A DNA stretch of 64,000 bases from Candidatus Zixiibacteriota bacterium (GCA_020348065.1 CP070742.1:1765721-1829720), one strand, 5' to 3'. Counted from the stretch's first letter, positions 29,904 to 40,245 are shown. Numbers and translations are program-made. The notes: generated by a model not told the origin, from the sequence alone.

Positions 29904-30966
29904 TCAGCGGATACAAAAGGCTTTCTCGCTTCTGAAAAGAAATAAGATCGACTGTATGCTTGTGACCGAGTTGAATCATGTCCGATACCTTTCCGGTTAC
30001 AGCGGCTCGAACGGTATGGTGTTATTAATCCCCCCCAAAGCCTACTTTTTCACCGATTTCAGATATAAGGTTCAATCCCAAAAAGAGGTCAAAAATTGCG
30101 CCATTGTTATAGCCGAACAGGCTCTCACCTCGGAACTTCCCAAGATCCCCAAACTGAACAAGAAAATAAGGATCGGGTTGGAGGCAGAGTTCGTCACCCT
30201 TTCCCTTCAGGAGAGACTCAAAGATCTCCTGCCAAAAGCGGTTTTTAAATCGACGGAAAAGCTTATTGAATCCCTTTCGATTACAAAGGATATCAATGAG
30301 ATAAAAAAGATCAAAAAAGCCATAAAAATCAGTGAAAAAGCCTTTGCCGAAACCCTCGATTATATAAAGCCGGGCGTTAGGGAAAAAGATATCGCGCTTG
30401 AGCTGGAGTATAAAATGAGGCTGTACGGTGCGGATTCGGCCGCCTTCGATATAATCGTCGCCTCCGGACAACGATCATCTATGCCGCATGGTGTAGCATC
30501 CGAGAAAAAGCTGCGAAAAGGCGATTTCATCACTATCGATTTCGGCTGTTTCTATCAGGGATACGCCTCCGACATTACCAGAACGGTGATGCTTGGAAAG
30601 GCCAATGAAAAACAGAGGGAAATTTACAATATAGTGCTTGAGGCCCAACTCGCTTCCTGCAAAGCCGTAAAACCCGGCCTGGCCTGCAGCCGTCTTGACG
30701 GCGTAGCCCGCGATATAATAATGAAAGCTGGCTATGGAGATAATTTCGGCCATGGACTGGGACACGGCATAGGGCTGATTGTACACGATCTCCCTCAATT
30801 AAACGCGAGATCAACGGAGACGCTTAAACCGAATATGGTGGTTACAATTGAGCCCGGAATCTACATTCCCAATTGGGGAGGCGTGCGAATTGAAGATGAT
30901 GTGGTGGTTACGCCATCCGGAGCGCAGATCTTAAGCAAGTTGCCCAAGGAGCTTATGGAGCTTTAA
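29896..30966 (+). CDS. pepP: Xaa-Pro aminopeptidase/dipeptidase (M24B)
   Basis: Creatinase-like N-terminal domain followed by an M24 'pita-bread' domain with HGLGHGIGLIVHD and the VVTIEPGIY metal ligands. Confidence 0.85.
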   Translation: MTDQRIQKAFSLLKRNKIDCMLVTELNHVRYLSGYSGSNGMVLLIPPKAYFFTDFRYKVQSQKEVKNCAIVIAEQALTSELPKIPKLNKKIRIGLEAEFVTLSLQERLKDLLPKAVFKSTEKLIESLSITKDINEIKKIKKAIKISEKAFAETLDYIKPGVREKDIALELEYKMRLYGADSAAFDIIVASGQRSSMPHGVASEKKLRKGDFITIDFGCFYQGYASDITRTVMLGKANEKQREIYNIVLEAQLASCKAVKPGLACSRLDGVARDIIMKAGYGDNFGHGLGHGIGLIVHDLPQLNARSTETLKPNMVVTIEPGIYIPNWGGVRIEDDVVVTPSGAQILSKLPKELMEL

Positions 30967-30992
30967 TCCGGCATTACACAACGAGGAAAATT

Positions 30993-31466
30993 ATGAGACC
31001 GTCTAAAATAAGATCGCTTATAAAACTTGTCGAGGAATCGAATATTAATGAACTGGAGGTTTCCAGTTGGGGGCGGAAGGTTTGTATTCGCAAGAGAATA
31101 AGCGGGGGAAATGGCCACGGTCCGGCAAATCCTGCCGGCAGCCCGGCCCCGCCCGGCCCGGAAACTTCCGATGTTCACCTCGAACTCACCACCGAATCTC
31201 CCAAAGAACCTGAAAAAAAGATAAATCTGGTTGAGATAAAATCGCCCATGGTGGGGACCTTTTACCGTTCCCCCGCTCCGGATGCTCGCCCTTATATTGA
31301 TGTGGGAGAGGATGTTAAAGCTGGCCAGATGGTCTGCATAATCGAAGCCATGAAGCTTATGAATGAAATTGAGTCTGAGACCACGGGAAAAGTTATCGAA
31401 GTCCTGGTGGGAAACGGCAAACCGGTCCAGTTCGGACAACCGCTGTTTCTGGTCGAACCATATTAA
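30993..31466 (+). CDS. accB: Acetyl-CoA carboxylase biotin carboxyl carrier protein
   Basis: Pro/Ala-rich linker then the biotinyl domain with EAMKLMNEIE. Confidence 0.9.
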   Translation: MRPSKIRSLIKLVEESNINELEVSSWGRKVCIRKRISGGNGHGPANPAGSPAPPGPETSDVHLELTTESPKEPEKKINLVEIKSPMVGTFYRSPAPDARPYIDVGEDVKAGQMVCIIEAMKLMNEIESETTGKVIEVLVGNGKPVQFGQPLFLVEPY

Positions 31467-31565
31467 TATCCCGATTAATTCATAATCCAAATCTGTCGAT
31501 ATAAATAAAAAGCCCATAATAGCGGGCGGTTTTATAATAAACATCGTTCCATCAAGGAGTGATAT

Positions 31566-32699
31566 ATGACATTCAAACAGATGATTCAAGAAATGCTCGA
31601 TAAGAACGCGTCCGACCTGCATCTTCGGGTAGGTTTGAGACCCACTATCAGAAACGACGGTAGACTTCAATCAATTGAGGATCAGATTCTGCTCCATGAC
31701 GAAATGGATAAGATCCTTTCCCAAATCCTAAATGACGATCAAAAAACGAGATTCCATCAAAAAAGAGAGATGGATCTTGCGCTGTCGGTTTCGAAAATGG
31801 GCCGCTTCAGAATCAACCTGTACAAACAGCGCGGTACTATAGGCATAGCGATCAGAAGAGTCAACACCAAGGTGCCTACATTTGAGGAATTAAATCTCCC
31901 CGAGGTCATAAAGAATATAGCGGGCAACAAGAGGGGACTCGTAATCGTAACCGGTACAACAGGTTCGGGTAAATCCACCACGCTCGCATCTATGGTTGAA
32001 CATATTAACGAAAATCGCGCCGAAAACATTCTTACAATCGAAGATCCTATTGAGTATATCTATCGCGATAAAAAATCGATCATATCTCAAAGAGAAGTGG
32101 GGGGAGATACCGAAAGCTTTGCCGCGGCATTACGTTACGCGTTCAGGCAGGATCCCGATATTATCCTGGTCGGGGAGATCAGGGATGCCGATACCATGAG
32201 CATCGCCCTGACCGCCGCGGATACCGGTCATCTGGTTTTAACCACCCTGCATACCCTGAATACCATCGAAACGATTTCGAGAATTATTTCGTTTTTCCCG
32301 CCCCATCAACACCAGCAGATCAGGCTTTTATTGGGTGGTACCCTGAAATCTATTATCTGCCAGAGACTTCTGCCCAGGGCCGATGGCCCTGGCCGGGTAC
32401 CGGCCGTCGAAGTATTGGTTACTTCCGCTTCGGTTCGCGAGGCGATCGTTAATCCCGAGAAAACCAATGCAATTATGGATCTTGTAGAGTCGGGTTCTAT
32501 TCAATACGGCATGCAGAGTTTCGATCAATCCATAATGAAATTATATCGTTCCGGACTAATCAGTTACGAAGAAGCCCTATCCCAGTGTTCCAACCCCGAC
32601 GATTTTGATCTCAGGGTTAAGGGAATAACATCGGCGTCGGATAAAGGATGGTCTGAATTCGAAGAGAGTTCTAAGCCTAAAGACGACTTCTCATTCTAA
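31566..32699 (+). CDS. pilT: Type IV pilus retraction ATPase PilT
   Basis: 377 aa. Walker A GTTGSGKSTT, ILTIEDPIEY and the His box (TLHT) match the PilT/PilU family. Has its own RBS (AAGGAGTG). Confidence 0.85.
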   Translation: MTFKQMIQEMLDKNASDLHLRVGLRPTIRNDGRLQSIEDQILLHDEMDKILSQILNDDQKTRFHQKREMDLALSVSKMGRFRINLYKQRGTIGIAIRRVNTKVPTFEELNLPEVIKNIAGNKRGLVIVTGTTGSGKSTTLASMVEHINENRAENILTIEDPIEYIYRDKKSIISQREVGGDTESFAAALRYAFRQDPDIILVGEIRDADTMSIALTAADTGHLVLTTLHTLNTIETISRIISFFPPHQHQQIRLLLGGTLKSIICQRLLPRADGPGRVPAVEVLVTSASVREAIVNPEKTNAIMDLVESGSIQYGMQSFDQSIMKLYRSGLISYEEALSQCSNPDDFDLRVKGITSASDKGWSEFEESSKPKDDFSF

Positions 32700-32724
32700 T
32701 CCCGGTACATATATCCATCTAACG

Positions 32725-32740
32725 CCGGGTTCATACCCGG
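32725..32740 (+). terminator. Hairpin after pilT (weak terminator candidate)
   Basis: CCGGGT-TCAT-ACCCGG followed by CTATTTACT; only a short T run. Confidence 0.25.
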
Positions 32741-32794
32741 CTATTTACTGCCTGAAATCATTTTACCCGCTTTAAGATCTTATCCAGAATCTGG

Positions 32795-32822
32795 TTGATT
32801 GTCCCTTAAAATATGATATATT
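32795..32822 (+). promoter_or_regulatory. Candidate promoter for accC
   Basis: TTGATT-N16-TATATT with an extended -10 TG (TGATATATT), about 30 nt before the TTG start and GGAGGA RBS of accC. Confidence 0.4.
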
Positions 32823-32852
32823 ATCTGCCTGTAAATTCTGGTCGGAGGACGT

Positions 32853-34247
32853 TTGTTAAAAAAGATTTTAATCGCGAATCGTGGTGAAATAGCGTTAAGG
32901 GTAATTCGGGCCTGTAAAGAGCTGGGTATTTCATCGGTAGCGGTTTACTCCGAAGCCGATATTGACTCTTTGCATGTCAGGTTCGCGGATGAGTCGGTGT
33001 GTATCGGCCCGCCTGCCCCCGGTGAAAGCTATCTGGATCCGCGCAAAATAATATCCGCCGCCGAGATCACCAACGCCGAGGCCATCCATCCCGGCTATGG
33101 ATTCTTGGCCGAGAATCCCGATTTTGCCGAAATATGTGAATCCTGCGAGATTAAATTTATCGGGCCCCCTCATGATGTAATAAGAGCGTTGGGGAATAAA
33201 TCCCTTGCCAAAAAAACCATGGCTCAGGCCGGGGTCCCCGTAATACCCGGATCCGACGGTAATATCTCCGATCTAAAATCGGCCCGGGAAATCGCTATAA
33301 AGATCGGTTATCCCGTGATCGTAAAAGCTTCGGCCGGCGGGGGCGGCAGAGGTATGAGGGTTGTCGAAACCGAAGCCCGGTTTGAAAAAGCTTTCGATAT
33401 GGCCAGAACCGAAGCCGACCTGGCTTTCGGTAATCCGGATGTTTATATAGAAAAATTTATTTCCAATCCCAGACACGTGGAGATCCAGATACTGGCCGAT
33501 TCGCACGGCAAAGTAATTCATCTGGGGGAAAGGGACTGCACCGTTCAGAGACGTCACCAGAAATTGATCGAGGAATCGCCCTCGCCGATTATGACCATTA
33601 CCCTGAGGGAGAAAATGGGACATTCCGCTACGGACGGCGCCGCCGCGGCTCGATATGTCGGCGCCGGGACCTTCGAATTTTTGGTCGACTCCGATCATAA
33701 CCATTACTTCATGGAGGTTAATACCAGGATCCAGGTGGAGCATCCCGTAACCGAAGAGGTTACGGGGCTGGATTTAATCAAGGAACAAATATTAATCGCT
33801 TCCGGCGAAAAACTTAATATTGAACAGGAAGATGTTAAAATAAAAGGTCATACGATCGAATGCCGGATCAACGCCGAGGATCCCGATAGGAATTTCATGC
33901 CCAGCCCGGGAAAGATTACCGCCTTCCACATGCCCGGTGGGCACAATGTGCGGATAGACACGCATGCTTACGCCAACTACGTTATACCCCCCAATTATGA
34001 TTCATTGATAGCGAAGCTTATTGTCTCGGGTAACGACAGGAGGGAGGCTATAAAAAGGATGGAAAGAAGTCTCGAAGAATTAATCATAGAGGGTGTCCCC
34101 ACCACCAAAGAATTCTTCCAGATCGTTTTCAAAAACAAGGATTTCATTTCGGGAAATTATGATAACTCTTTTGTGGATAAATTCCTGGCGCTTAAAAAAA
34201 GCGACTCGGAAATTAATGAAGGCCTTACGGCCGGGGAGGACAAGTGA
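32853..34247 (+). CDS. accC: Acetyl-CoA carboxylase biotin carboxylase
   Basis: [21 protein letters not shown] and the ATP-grasp motifs; TTG start with GGAGGA RBS. Confidence 0.9.
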   Translation: MLKKILIANRGEIALRVIRACKELGISSVAVYSEADIDSLHVRFADESVCIGPPAPGESYLDPRKIISAAEITNAEAIHPGYGFLAENPDFAEICESCEIKFIGPPHDVIRALGNKSLAKKTMAQAGVPVIPGSDGNISDLKSAREIAIKIGYPVIVKASAGGGGRGMRVVETEARFEKAFDMARTEADLAFGNPDVYIEKFISNPRHVEIQILADSHGKVIHLGERDCTVQRRHQKLIEESPSPIMTITLREKMGHSATDGAAAARYVGAGTFEFLVDSDHNHYFMEVNTRIQVEHPVTEEVTGLDLIKEQILIASGEKLNIEQEDVKIKGHTIECRINAEDPDRNFMPSPGKITAFHMPGGHNVRIDTHAYANYVIPPNYDSLIAKLIVSGNDRREAIKRMERSLEELIIEGVPTTKEFFQIVFKNKDFISGNYDNSFVDKFLALKKSDSEINEGLTAGEDK

Positions 34248-34621
34248 TTCCTGACGATTTAAAATATTCGAAAGAACATGAATGGGTCAAGGTTGACGGG
34301 GACGTTGCCGTCGTAGGCATTACCGATTACGCCCAGGGTGAACTCGGCGATATTGTTTTCGTCGAACTCCCCCGGGTGGGATCAAAAGTCGAATATATGA
34401 AGCCTTTCGGGACTATTGAGGCGGTTAAAGCAATATCGGATTTATTCAGCCCGCTTTCCGGCGAAGTTACCGAAGTTAACAACCAACTTGAGTCCGATGC
34501 TTCTATTATTAACAGCGATCCCTACGGCGACGGATGGATTGTTAAGATCAAGATGTCCGATTCGGGTGAATTGGATAAACTCCTTTCGGCTTCCGATTAT
34601 GAAACTGAAATAGGCGGGTAA
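34244..34621 (+). CDS. gcvH: Glycine cleavage system H protein
   Basis: [24 protein letters not shown] and the lipoyl-Lys region EAVKA. Confidence 0.9.
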   Translation: MIPDDLKYSKEHEWVKVDGDVAVVGITDYAQGELGDIVFVELPRVGSKVEYMKPFGTIEAVKAISDLFSPLSGEVTEVNNQLESDASIINSDPYGDGWIVKIKMSDSGELDKLLSASDYETEIGG

Positions 34622-35955
34622 TGAGCTATATATCCAATTCCTCGAGCATCCGGCGGAGGATGCTGGAAGAGATCGGGCTCGAGGATTTTGAAGATCTTAT
34701 CAAAACCGTTCCTGCCAGCCTTCGGGTTAATAGACCTTTAAACCTGCCCGATCCGCTGTCTGAAATGGAGTTGATCGATAAAGTCCGATCTATAGCCGAG
34801 AAAAACAAAAAAGTCGTGTCCAATTTTGGCGGCGGCGGAGCCTACGATCATTTCAGCCCTGCGGCGGTCGATCATATCCTGTTGCGTTCGGAGTTTTATA
34901 CCGCCTATACTCCTTACCAGGCCGAAGTTTCCCAGGGCACGTTGCAGGCCATATACGAATTTCAAACGTTCATTTCTCGCCTGACAGGACTTCCGGTTAC
35001 AAACGCCTCCATGTATGACGGCGGCAGCGCCCTGGCCGAAGCGGTTTCGCTGGCGATAGGCAAAACAGGCCGCAATGAGGTGCTGATTTCTCGTTCGGTG
35101 AATCCTTTTTATGTAGAAACGGTTAAAACCTATCATTCCGGCAGGAAAGTCAAAATCAGGCCCTTAAATATCTTCGACGGTTCGACCGATTTTGAGGATT
35201 TAAAAGCAAAATTATCTGACAAAACCGCCGCGGTGGTAATCCAGAACCCCAATTTTCTTGGATTGCTGGAAAAAGCCTCTGATGTATCCGCTTACGTAAA
35301 AGAAAAAGGAGCCCTGTTTATTATCGTTTACGATCCCATATCTTTAGGCGTTCTGTCCTCGCCGGGAGAATGCGGGGCTGATATAGCTGTCGCTGAAGGC
35401 CAGTGTCTCGGAATCCCCTTGAACTTCGGGGGGCCATACCTGGGGCTATTCTCCGCGAAGCAGGAATTTTTGAGAAATATTCCGGGCCGGCTTTCCGGGA
35501 GAACCAAAGACAGCAATGGCCGAATCGGTTATGTTCTAACCCTGCAGACACGCGAGCAGCATATTCGGAGAGAGAGAGCCACCTCCAATATATGCACCAA
35601 CCAGGCGCTATGTGCCCTGGCCTCAACTGTTTATCTGTCTCTGCTGGGAAAATCGGGGCTTGAGAAAATCGGCAGACTCTGCCTTTCCAAAGCCCATTAC
35701 GCCGCCTCAAAAATAACCGAGGTTCCCGGCTATAAACTCAAATATAACGGTCCTTTCTTTAAAGAGTTCGTGGTGGAAACCCCGGTTTCGCCTCACCGTA
35801 TAATCACCAGGCTGGCAGGCAAGGGCATTGTGCCGGGTGTGGATATCGGCAAATACGCGGCGGGTTTAAAAGGCTGCCTGATGGTCGCGGTTACGGAAAA
35901 AAGAACCGGGAAACAGATAGATGATCTGGCATTTGAACTGTCGAAATTCGCCTGA
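34621..35955 (+). CDS. gcvPA: Glycine dehydrogenase (decarboxylating) subunit 1
   Basis: 444 aa; YTPYQAEVSQGTLQAIYEFQT signature of P-protein subunit 1. Confidence 0.9.
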   Translation: MSYISNSSSIRRRMLEEIGLEDFEDLIKTVPASLRVNRPLNLPDPLSEMELIDKVRSIAEKNKKVVSNFGGGGAYDHFSPAAVDHILLRSEFYTAYTPYQAEVSQGTLQAIYEFQTFISRLTGLPVTNASMYDGGSALAEAVSLAIGKTGRNEVLISRSVNPFYVETVKTYHSGRKVKIRPLNIFDGSTDFEDLKAKLSDKTAAVVIQNPNFLGLLEKASDVSAYVKEKGALFIIVYDPISLGVLSSPGECGADIAVAEGQCLGIPLNFGGPYLGLFSAKQEFLRNIPGRLSGRTKDSNGRIGYVLTLQTREQHIRRERATSNICTNQALCALASTVYLSLLGKSGLEKIGRLCLSKAHYAASKITEVPGYKLKYNGPFFKEFVVETPVSPHRIITRLAGKGIVPGVDIGKYAAGLKGCLMVAVTEKRTGKQIDDLAFELSKFA

Positions 35956-36212
35956 TGATAAGAGATGTTATGAAAAATGACGTGGTATTAATTCTTGAAA
36001 CCAAAAACCATATGTTTATGAATCTGGTGAAGGAAGCGCTCGAAAATCGGAATATTCCCGTATTGTTAAAATCGCCCATGGGGTATTACCTGCGGGGCAT
36101 GCTTCCCATAGACCAGGGATTTTTCAATTTAAGGCTTTACGTACAAAAAGAATTCGAGCCTGAAGCTAATGAAATTGTCAGAACAATTGTGCCTCCGGAG
36201 GAAATTTTATGA
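35955..36212 (+). CDS. Small hypothetical protein (DUF2007-like?)
   Basis: 85 aa. The pattern VVLILETKNHMFMNLVKEALENRNIPVLLKSP resembles DUF2007 small domains; it is inserted between gcvPA and gcvPB. Confidence 0.4.
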   Translation: MIRDVMKNDVVLILETKNHMFMNLVKEALENRNIPVLLKSPMGYYLRGMLPIDQGFFNLRLYVQKEFEPEANEIVRTIVPPEEIL

Positions 36213-37054
36213 AAAAATCAATCTTATTTACGGCCCTTGCAATTTGTATGATAGCGACCTATTGTACAAAAAAAGAGCGCGTTCCTTCGCAGATAAATTT
36301 TATAAACGATTATGATCAGGCCAAATCCGCCGCCGAAAAATCCGGAAAGCCCATGATAATCGATTTTTTCACCGATTGGTGCCGCTGGTGCGATTCGCTG
36401 GACGCCAACACCTATTCGGATTCTCTGGTGATATCGCTTTCCGGCGACTTTATTTTTGTAAAAATCGACGCCGAAATCGATACCGCTCTGGCAGGCCAAT
36501 TCGGTATTTCGGGATACCCCACAATTATCATAGCAAGACCTGATGGGCAGGAGATTGATCGTATATGGGGATACTTGCCCTCCACCGAATTTTATAACCA
36601 GGTACAGCTTTATCTGCAGGGCAGGGAAACCCTCGAAGACTATTTGTCCCGCCTGGAGGACGAGCCGGAAAATCTCGAATACCTTTCGATGATTGGAGAA
36701 AAATACACCAGCAGATCGATGTATGATAAAGCCATCGAATATTATGAAAAAGTCGTGGAACTTGACGGAGATAACGGGGACGGTTACGCGGCCCGGGCCC
36801 TCGCTTCGATCCATGACGCTCAGAGCCGCGCCAAAGATTATAAATCGGCGTTAAATACCTGCATGAGACTGTTGAAGATATTTCCCGATTCGCCGGAATC
36901 CGACGAGGCCGCCGCCTTGCTGGGTTATTATACCGCCAAAGGTGGAGACACGGTGGAGGCGTTGAAATTATATAAAGGGTATCTAAAAATGAATCCCGAC
37001 AGCGAGAACGCCGAATGGGTCAAAAAACGGATTGCCGATCTGGAAGGCGAGTAA
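36209..37054 (+). CDS. Thioredoxin-like lipoprotein with C-terminal TPR repeats
   Basis: Signal peptide with a Cys lipobox candidate (LAICMIATYC). Thioredoxin fold with WCRWC (CxxC) and GYPTII; C-terminal TPR-like helices. Confidence 0.6.
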   Translation: MKKSILFTALAICMIATYCTKKERVPSQINFINDYDQAKSAAEKSGKPMIIDFFTDWCRWCDSLDANTYSDSLVISLSGDFIFVKIDAEIDTALAGQFGISGYPTIIIARPDGQEIDRIWGYLPSTEFYNQVQLYLQGRETLEDYLSRLEDEPENLEYLSMIGEKYTSRSMYDKAIEYYEKVVELDGDNGDGYAARALASIHDAQSRAKDYKSALNTCMRLLKIFPDSPESDEAAALLGYYTAKGGDTVEALKLYKGYLKMNPDSENAEWVKKRIADLEGE

Positions 37055-37057
37055 TCG

Positions 37058-38527
37058 ATGATTGATCTTTACGATAAACTGATTTTCAACCTGTCTTCAG
37101 AAGGTGACGCCGGGATATCTCTTCCCGAAATCGATGTTCCGGAAGTTGAGATATCCGATGTTATTCCGCCGGAATTTTTGCGAAAATCACCGCCCGTGAT
37201 GCCGTCGATATCCGAACCGGACGTTATGCGTCATTTTGTCGCGCTTTCGACCAAAAACCATCATATCGATAAAGGATTTTATCCCCTTGGATCCTGCACC
37301 ATGAAATATAATCCGAAAATTAACGAAGATCTTGCCAGGCTTTCGGAATTTACAGCCGCTCATCCTCTTTTTCCCGAGAACGCGGTTCAGGGCACCTTAT
37401 CGCTGTTATATGAACTCAAGGAATTGCTTTGCGAAATCGCCGGCATGGACGCCGTAACTCTACAACCCGCCGCCGGCGCTCATGGCGAATTCACGGCGCT
37501 TCTGATGATTCGAGCCTGCCATAAAAAGAACAAAAGAAATCCCGAAAAGATTATTCTCCCCGATTCGGCGCATGGAACCAATCCGGCTTCCGTCATTATG
37601 GCGGGTTACAAGGTGGTGCAGATAAAATCCAATGATCGCGGCCTGGTAGATATCGATCAGCTTTCTGCCCATTGCAACGATGACCTGGCGGCATTTATGC
37701 TTACCAATCCCAACACCCTGGGTCTGTTTGAGTCGGAGATTCAAAAAATAGCTCATCTCGTTCACGACGCCGGCGGCCTGCTCTATATGGACGGCGCCAA
37801 TCTTAACGCCCTGCTGGGATTGACTCGTCCGGGGGATATGGGTTTTGACGTGGTACATTTCAATATGCATAAAACCTTCTCGACCCCGCATGGCGGGGGA
37901 GGACCCGGCGCCGGGGCATTGGGGGTAAAATCCAGTCTCGAACCTTTTCTGCCGGTTCCGGTCGTAAATAGAAAAAATGACCGCCGGGGCAACCACCTCT
38001 TTTTCCTCGATTACAAAAGACCCGATTCTATCGGCAAAGTACACTCTTTCTACGGTAATGTCGCAAATCTTATCCGGGCCTATTGTTATATCAGGAATCT
38101 CGGTCCGAAAGGATTAAAAGAGGTTTCCCAGACGGCTATCGTAAACGCCGCCTATCTCAGGGAAAAGCTGAAAGATATGTTCGAGTTGCCGTATAATGGC
38201 GATACCATGCATGAATTTGTATTGTCCGGAAGCCGTCAGAAAACCCGGGGCGTAAAAACTCTCGATATCGCCAAGCGGATACTGGATTTCGGTATTCACG
38301 CCCCGACGGTGTATTTCCCCCTGATTGTCCCGGAGGCGCTGATGATCGAACCGACCGAAACCGAAAGTAAAGCATCGCTGGATAACTTTATCGAAGTTAT
38401 GAAGATTATTATTGACGAAATTGAAAACGATCCCGAAAAAGTGAAATCGGCTCCGCACAATACACCTGTCTCCCGTCTGGATGAAGCGCTGGCGGCCCGG
38501 GAGCTCGATATTTGCTATAATGAATAA
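37058..38527 (+). CDS. gcvPB: Glycine dehydrogenase (decarboxylating) subunit 2
   Basis: 489 aa; PLP-binding region FNMHKTFSTPHGGGGPG. Confidence 0.9.
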   Translation: MIDLYDKLIFNLSSEGDAGISLPEIDVPEVEISDVIPPEFLRKSPPVMPSISEPDVMRHFVALSTKNHHIDKGFYPLGSCTMKYNPKINEDLARLSEFTAAHPLFPENAVQGTLSLLYELKELLCEIAGMDAVTLQPAAGAHGEFTALLMIRACHKKNKRNPEKIILPDSAHGTNPASVIMAGYKVVQIKSNDRGLVDIDQLSAHCNDDLAAFMLTNPNTLGLFESEIQKIAHLVHDAGGLLYMDGANLNALLGLTRPGDMGFDVVHFNMHKTFSTPHGGGGPGAGALGVKSSLEPFLPVPVVNRKNDRRGNHLFFLDYKRPDSIGKVHSFYGNVANLIRAYCYIRNLGPKGLKEVSQTAIVNAAYLREKLKDMFELPYNGDTMHEFVLSGSRQKTRGVKTLDIAKRILDFGIHAPTVYFPLIVPEALMIEPTETESKASLDNFIEVMKIIIDEIENDPEKVKSAPHNTPVSRLDEALAARELDICYNE

Positions 38528-38553
38528 ACGTTTCGATCTCGTCCCAATGTTTT

Positions 38554-40218
38554 GTGATTGACGTTAATAACATATCGGTAATTTATAAAAGCGGGGATAA
38601 AAGAATCCCCGCTTTATCATCTTTGAGCCTGAATATAGAGGACGGGGCTTATATTTCTATTTTAGGCCCCAACGGATCGGGCAAATCAACCCTCGTGAAG
38701 GCTTTATGCGGACTCGTTCCGCTTGCTGATGGATGTATTGAGATTTTCGGCAAAAGAGTACTGCCCGGCGCCTTCTCGAAGGAGTTCTTCGGGAAAGTCG
38801 GCGTCGTTTTCCAGGAACCATCGGGCCAATTCCTGATGCCGACCGTCAAAAAGGAAATCGAATCCCCGCTTCAGAATATGGGATTGAGTTATTTGGAGCA
38901 GCAAAAGATATTCGATGAAATCATCGAAAGATTCGAACTAATAAATATACTGCATATTTCTCCCGAGAATCTCTCTCCAGGGCAGATGCAAATTATCAAC
39001 CTCGCTGTCGCTTTCTCAATAGGTTCCGATATCCTGATTCTGGACGAACCCACCACTTTTCTCGATCTGAAATTTCGTAGGCTCTTTCTCGAATATGTGC
39101 ATGAAATCAATAATGAGGGCAGAACCATAATTCATATCACTCAGTATCCCGACGAGGCTTTATTCTCAAAAAAGACTGCCATCATGGATTCAGGAAGGCT
39201 GGTCGCCGTGGGCGATTCTTATTCTATTCTGTCGGACCGGGAGATGTTGAATCAATTTAGGCTGTCACCTCCTCGTGAAATCGAATTTAAAAAGTATTTC
39301 GGCTTCGATTTTGACGATTCCGAAGCGATAAATAGTTTTATCGGTTCGTTGAGGAGAAGTAGACTATCCGATTCAATTCCGCCAGAAAAAAACATGATCG
39401 TAATATCGGCAGGCGATTTATCATTTTCTTACCCTGCTGGCCGCTTTTTGCTGAAAATTGAGGAAATGTACTTATATGAAAACCAGATCGCCGGCCTTAT
39501 CGGCCCTTCGGGGTCCGGTAAATCAACGTTGGCGTTGCTTCTGGCGGGGATACTCCAATGTCAAAAGGGAGTCATTAAATACTTCGATAAAAAGATATCC
39601 GACGTTTACGAATACCGCAAGATTATCGGATTAAGCTGGCAGATGCCCGACCCGGTATTAATCGGCCCCACCGTTCAAGATGATTTGTTATTGAGCCTTA
39701 AGTTTAGCGACGAGCAAGACTTAAACATTAACTCGCTTCTGGAAAGTGTCGGCCTGGCGGGATTTGGTGGCAGAATCGTCGATACGCTTTCCGGAGGGGA
39801 GAAGCGTAAATTATCTCTGGCGACCGTTCTGGCGGCAAAGCCCGAATTTCTGGTACTAGACGAACCCGCGGCCTTTCTCGATCCTGCGTCTCAGAACGAG
39901 TTAAAGAATATCATTAAGGAAATTCTACGAAAAGTAAAAGGGGCATTGATTGTCAGCCACGATCTTTCTTTTTTATCTGATCTGGCGGAGCGGATAATCG
40001 GCTTGAATAACGGTAAAATCGCTTTCGATCTGCCGGCCGAAAAATTCTTCTCGTATCCGGAATATAGCCGGTCCATCGATTTGGATGTCGATAAAATGAT
40101 AACATTTCGTAATAAAATCGCCGAAATCGGCCTGGAATTGTCCTGTAATTCGTTGGATCCTAAGACAATAAAAGAAATCCTGAAAAAATCCCCTCCCGCT
40201 GCCGATGATTTCTCTTGA
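38554..40218 (+). CDS. Duplicated (fused) ECF/CbiO-type ABC ATPase, YkoD-like
   Basis: Two complete ABC domains: Walker A GPNGSGKST and GPSGSGKST, signatures LSPGQ and LSGGEKRK, Walker B ILDEP and LVLDEP. No transmembrane segments; GTG start. Confidence 0.75.
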   Translation: MIDVNNISVIYKSGDKRIPALSSLSLNIEDGAYISILGPNGSGKSTLVKALCGLVPLADGCIEIFGKRVLPGAFSKEFFGKVGVVFQEPSGQFLMPTVKKEIESPLQNMGLSYLEQQKIFDEIIERFELINILHISPENLSPGQMQIINLAVAFSIGSDILILDEPTTFLDLKFRRLFLEYVHEINNEGRTIIHITQYPDEALFSKKTAIMDSGRLVAVGDSYSILSDREMLNQFRLSPPREIEFKKYFGFDFDDSEAINSFIGSLRRSRLSDSIPPEKNMIVISAGDLSFSYPAGRFLLKIEEMYLYENQIAGLIGPSGSGKSTLALLLAGILQCQKGVIKYFDKKISDVYEYRKIIGLSWQMPDPVLIGPTVQDDLLLSLKFSDEQDLNINSLLESVGLAGFGGRIVDTLSGGEKRKLSLATVLAAKPEFLVLDEPAAFLDPASQNELKNIIKEILRKVKGALIVSHDLSFLSDLAERIIGLNNGKIAFDLPAEKFFSYPEYSRSIDLDVDKMITFRNKIAEIGLELSCNSLDPKTIKEILKKSPPAADDFS

Positions 40219-40245
40219 CAATCTGCCGGACGATTTTTAATTAGT

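Noticed and set aside
31467-31565. Possible promoter or terminator in the accB-pilT spacer (a TATAAT hexamer and a 4-bp GC hairpin flanked by A and T runs)
   Set aside because: No acceptable -35 sits at 16-18 nt spacing, and the stem is only 4 bp. Noted, but not confident enough to annotate.
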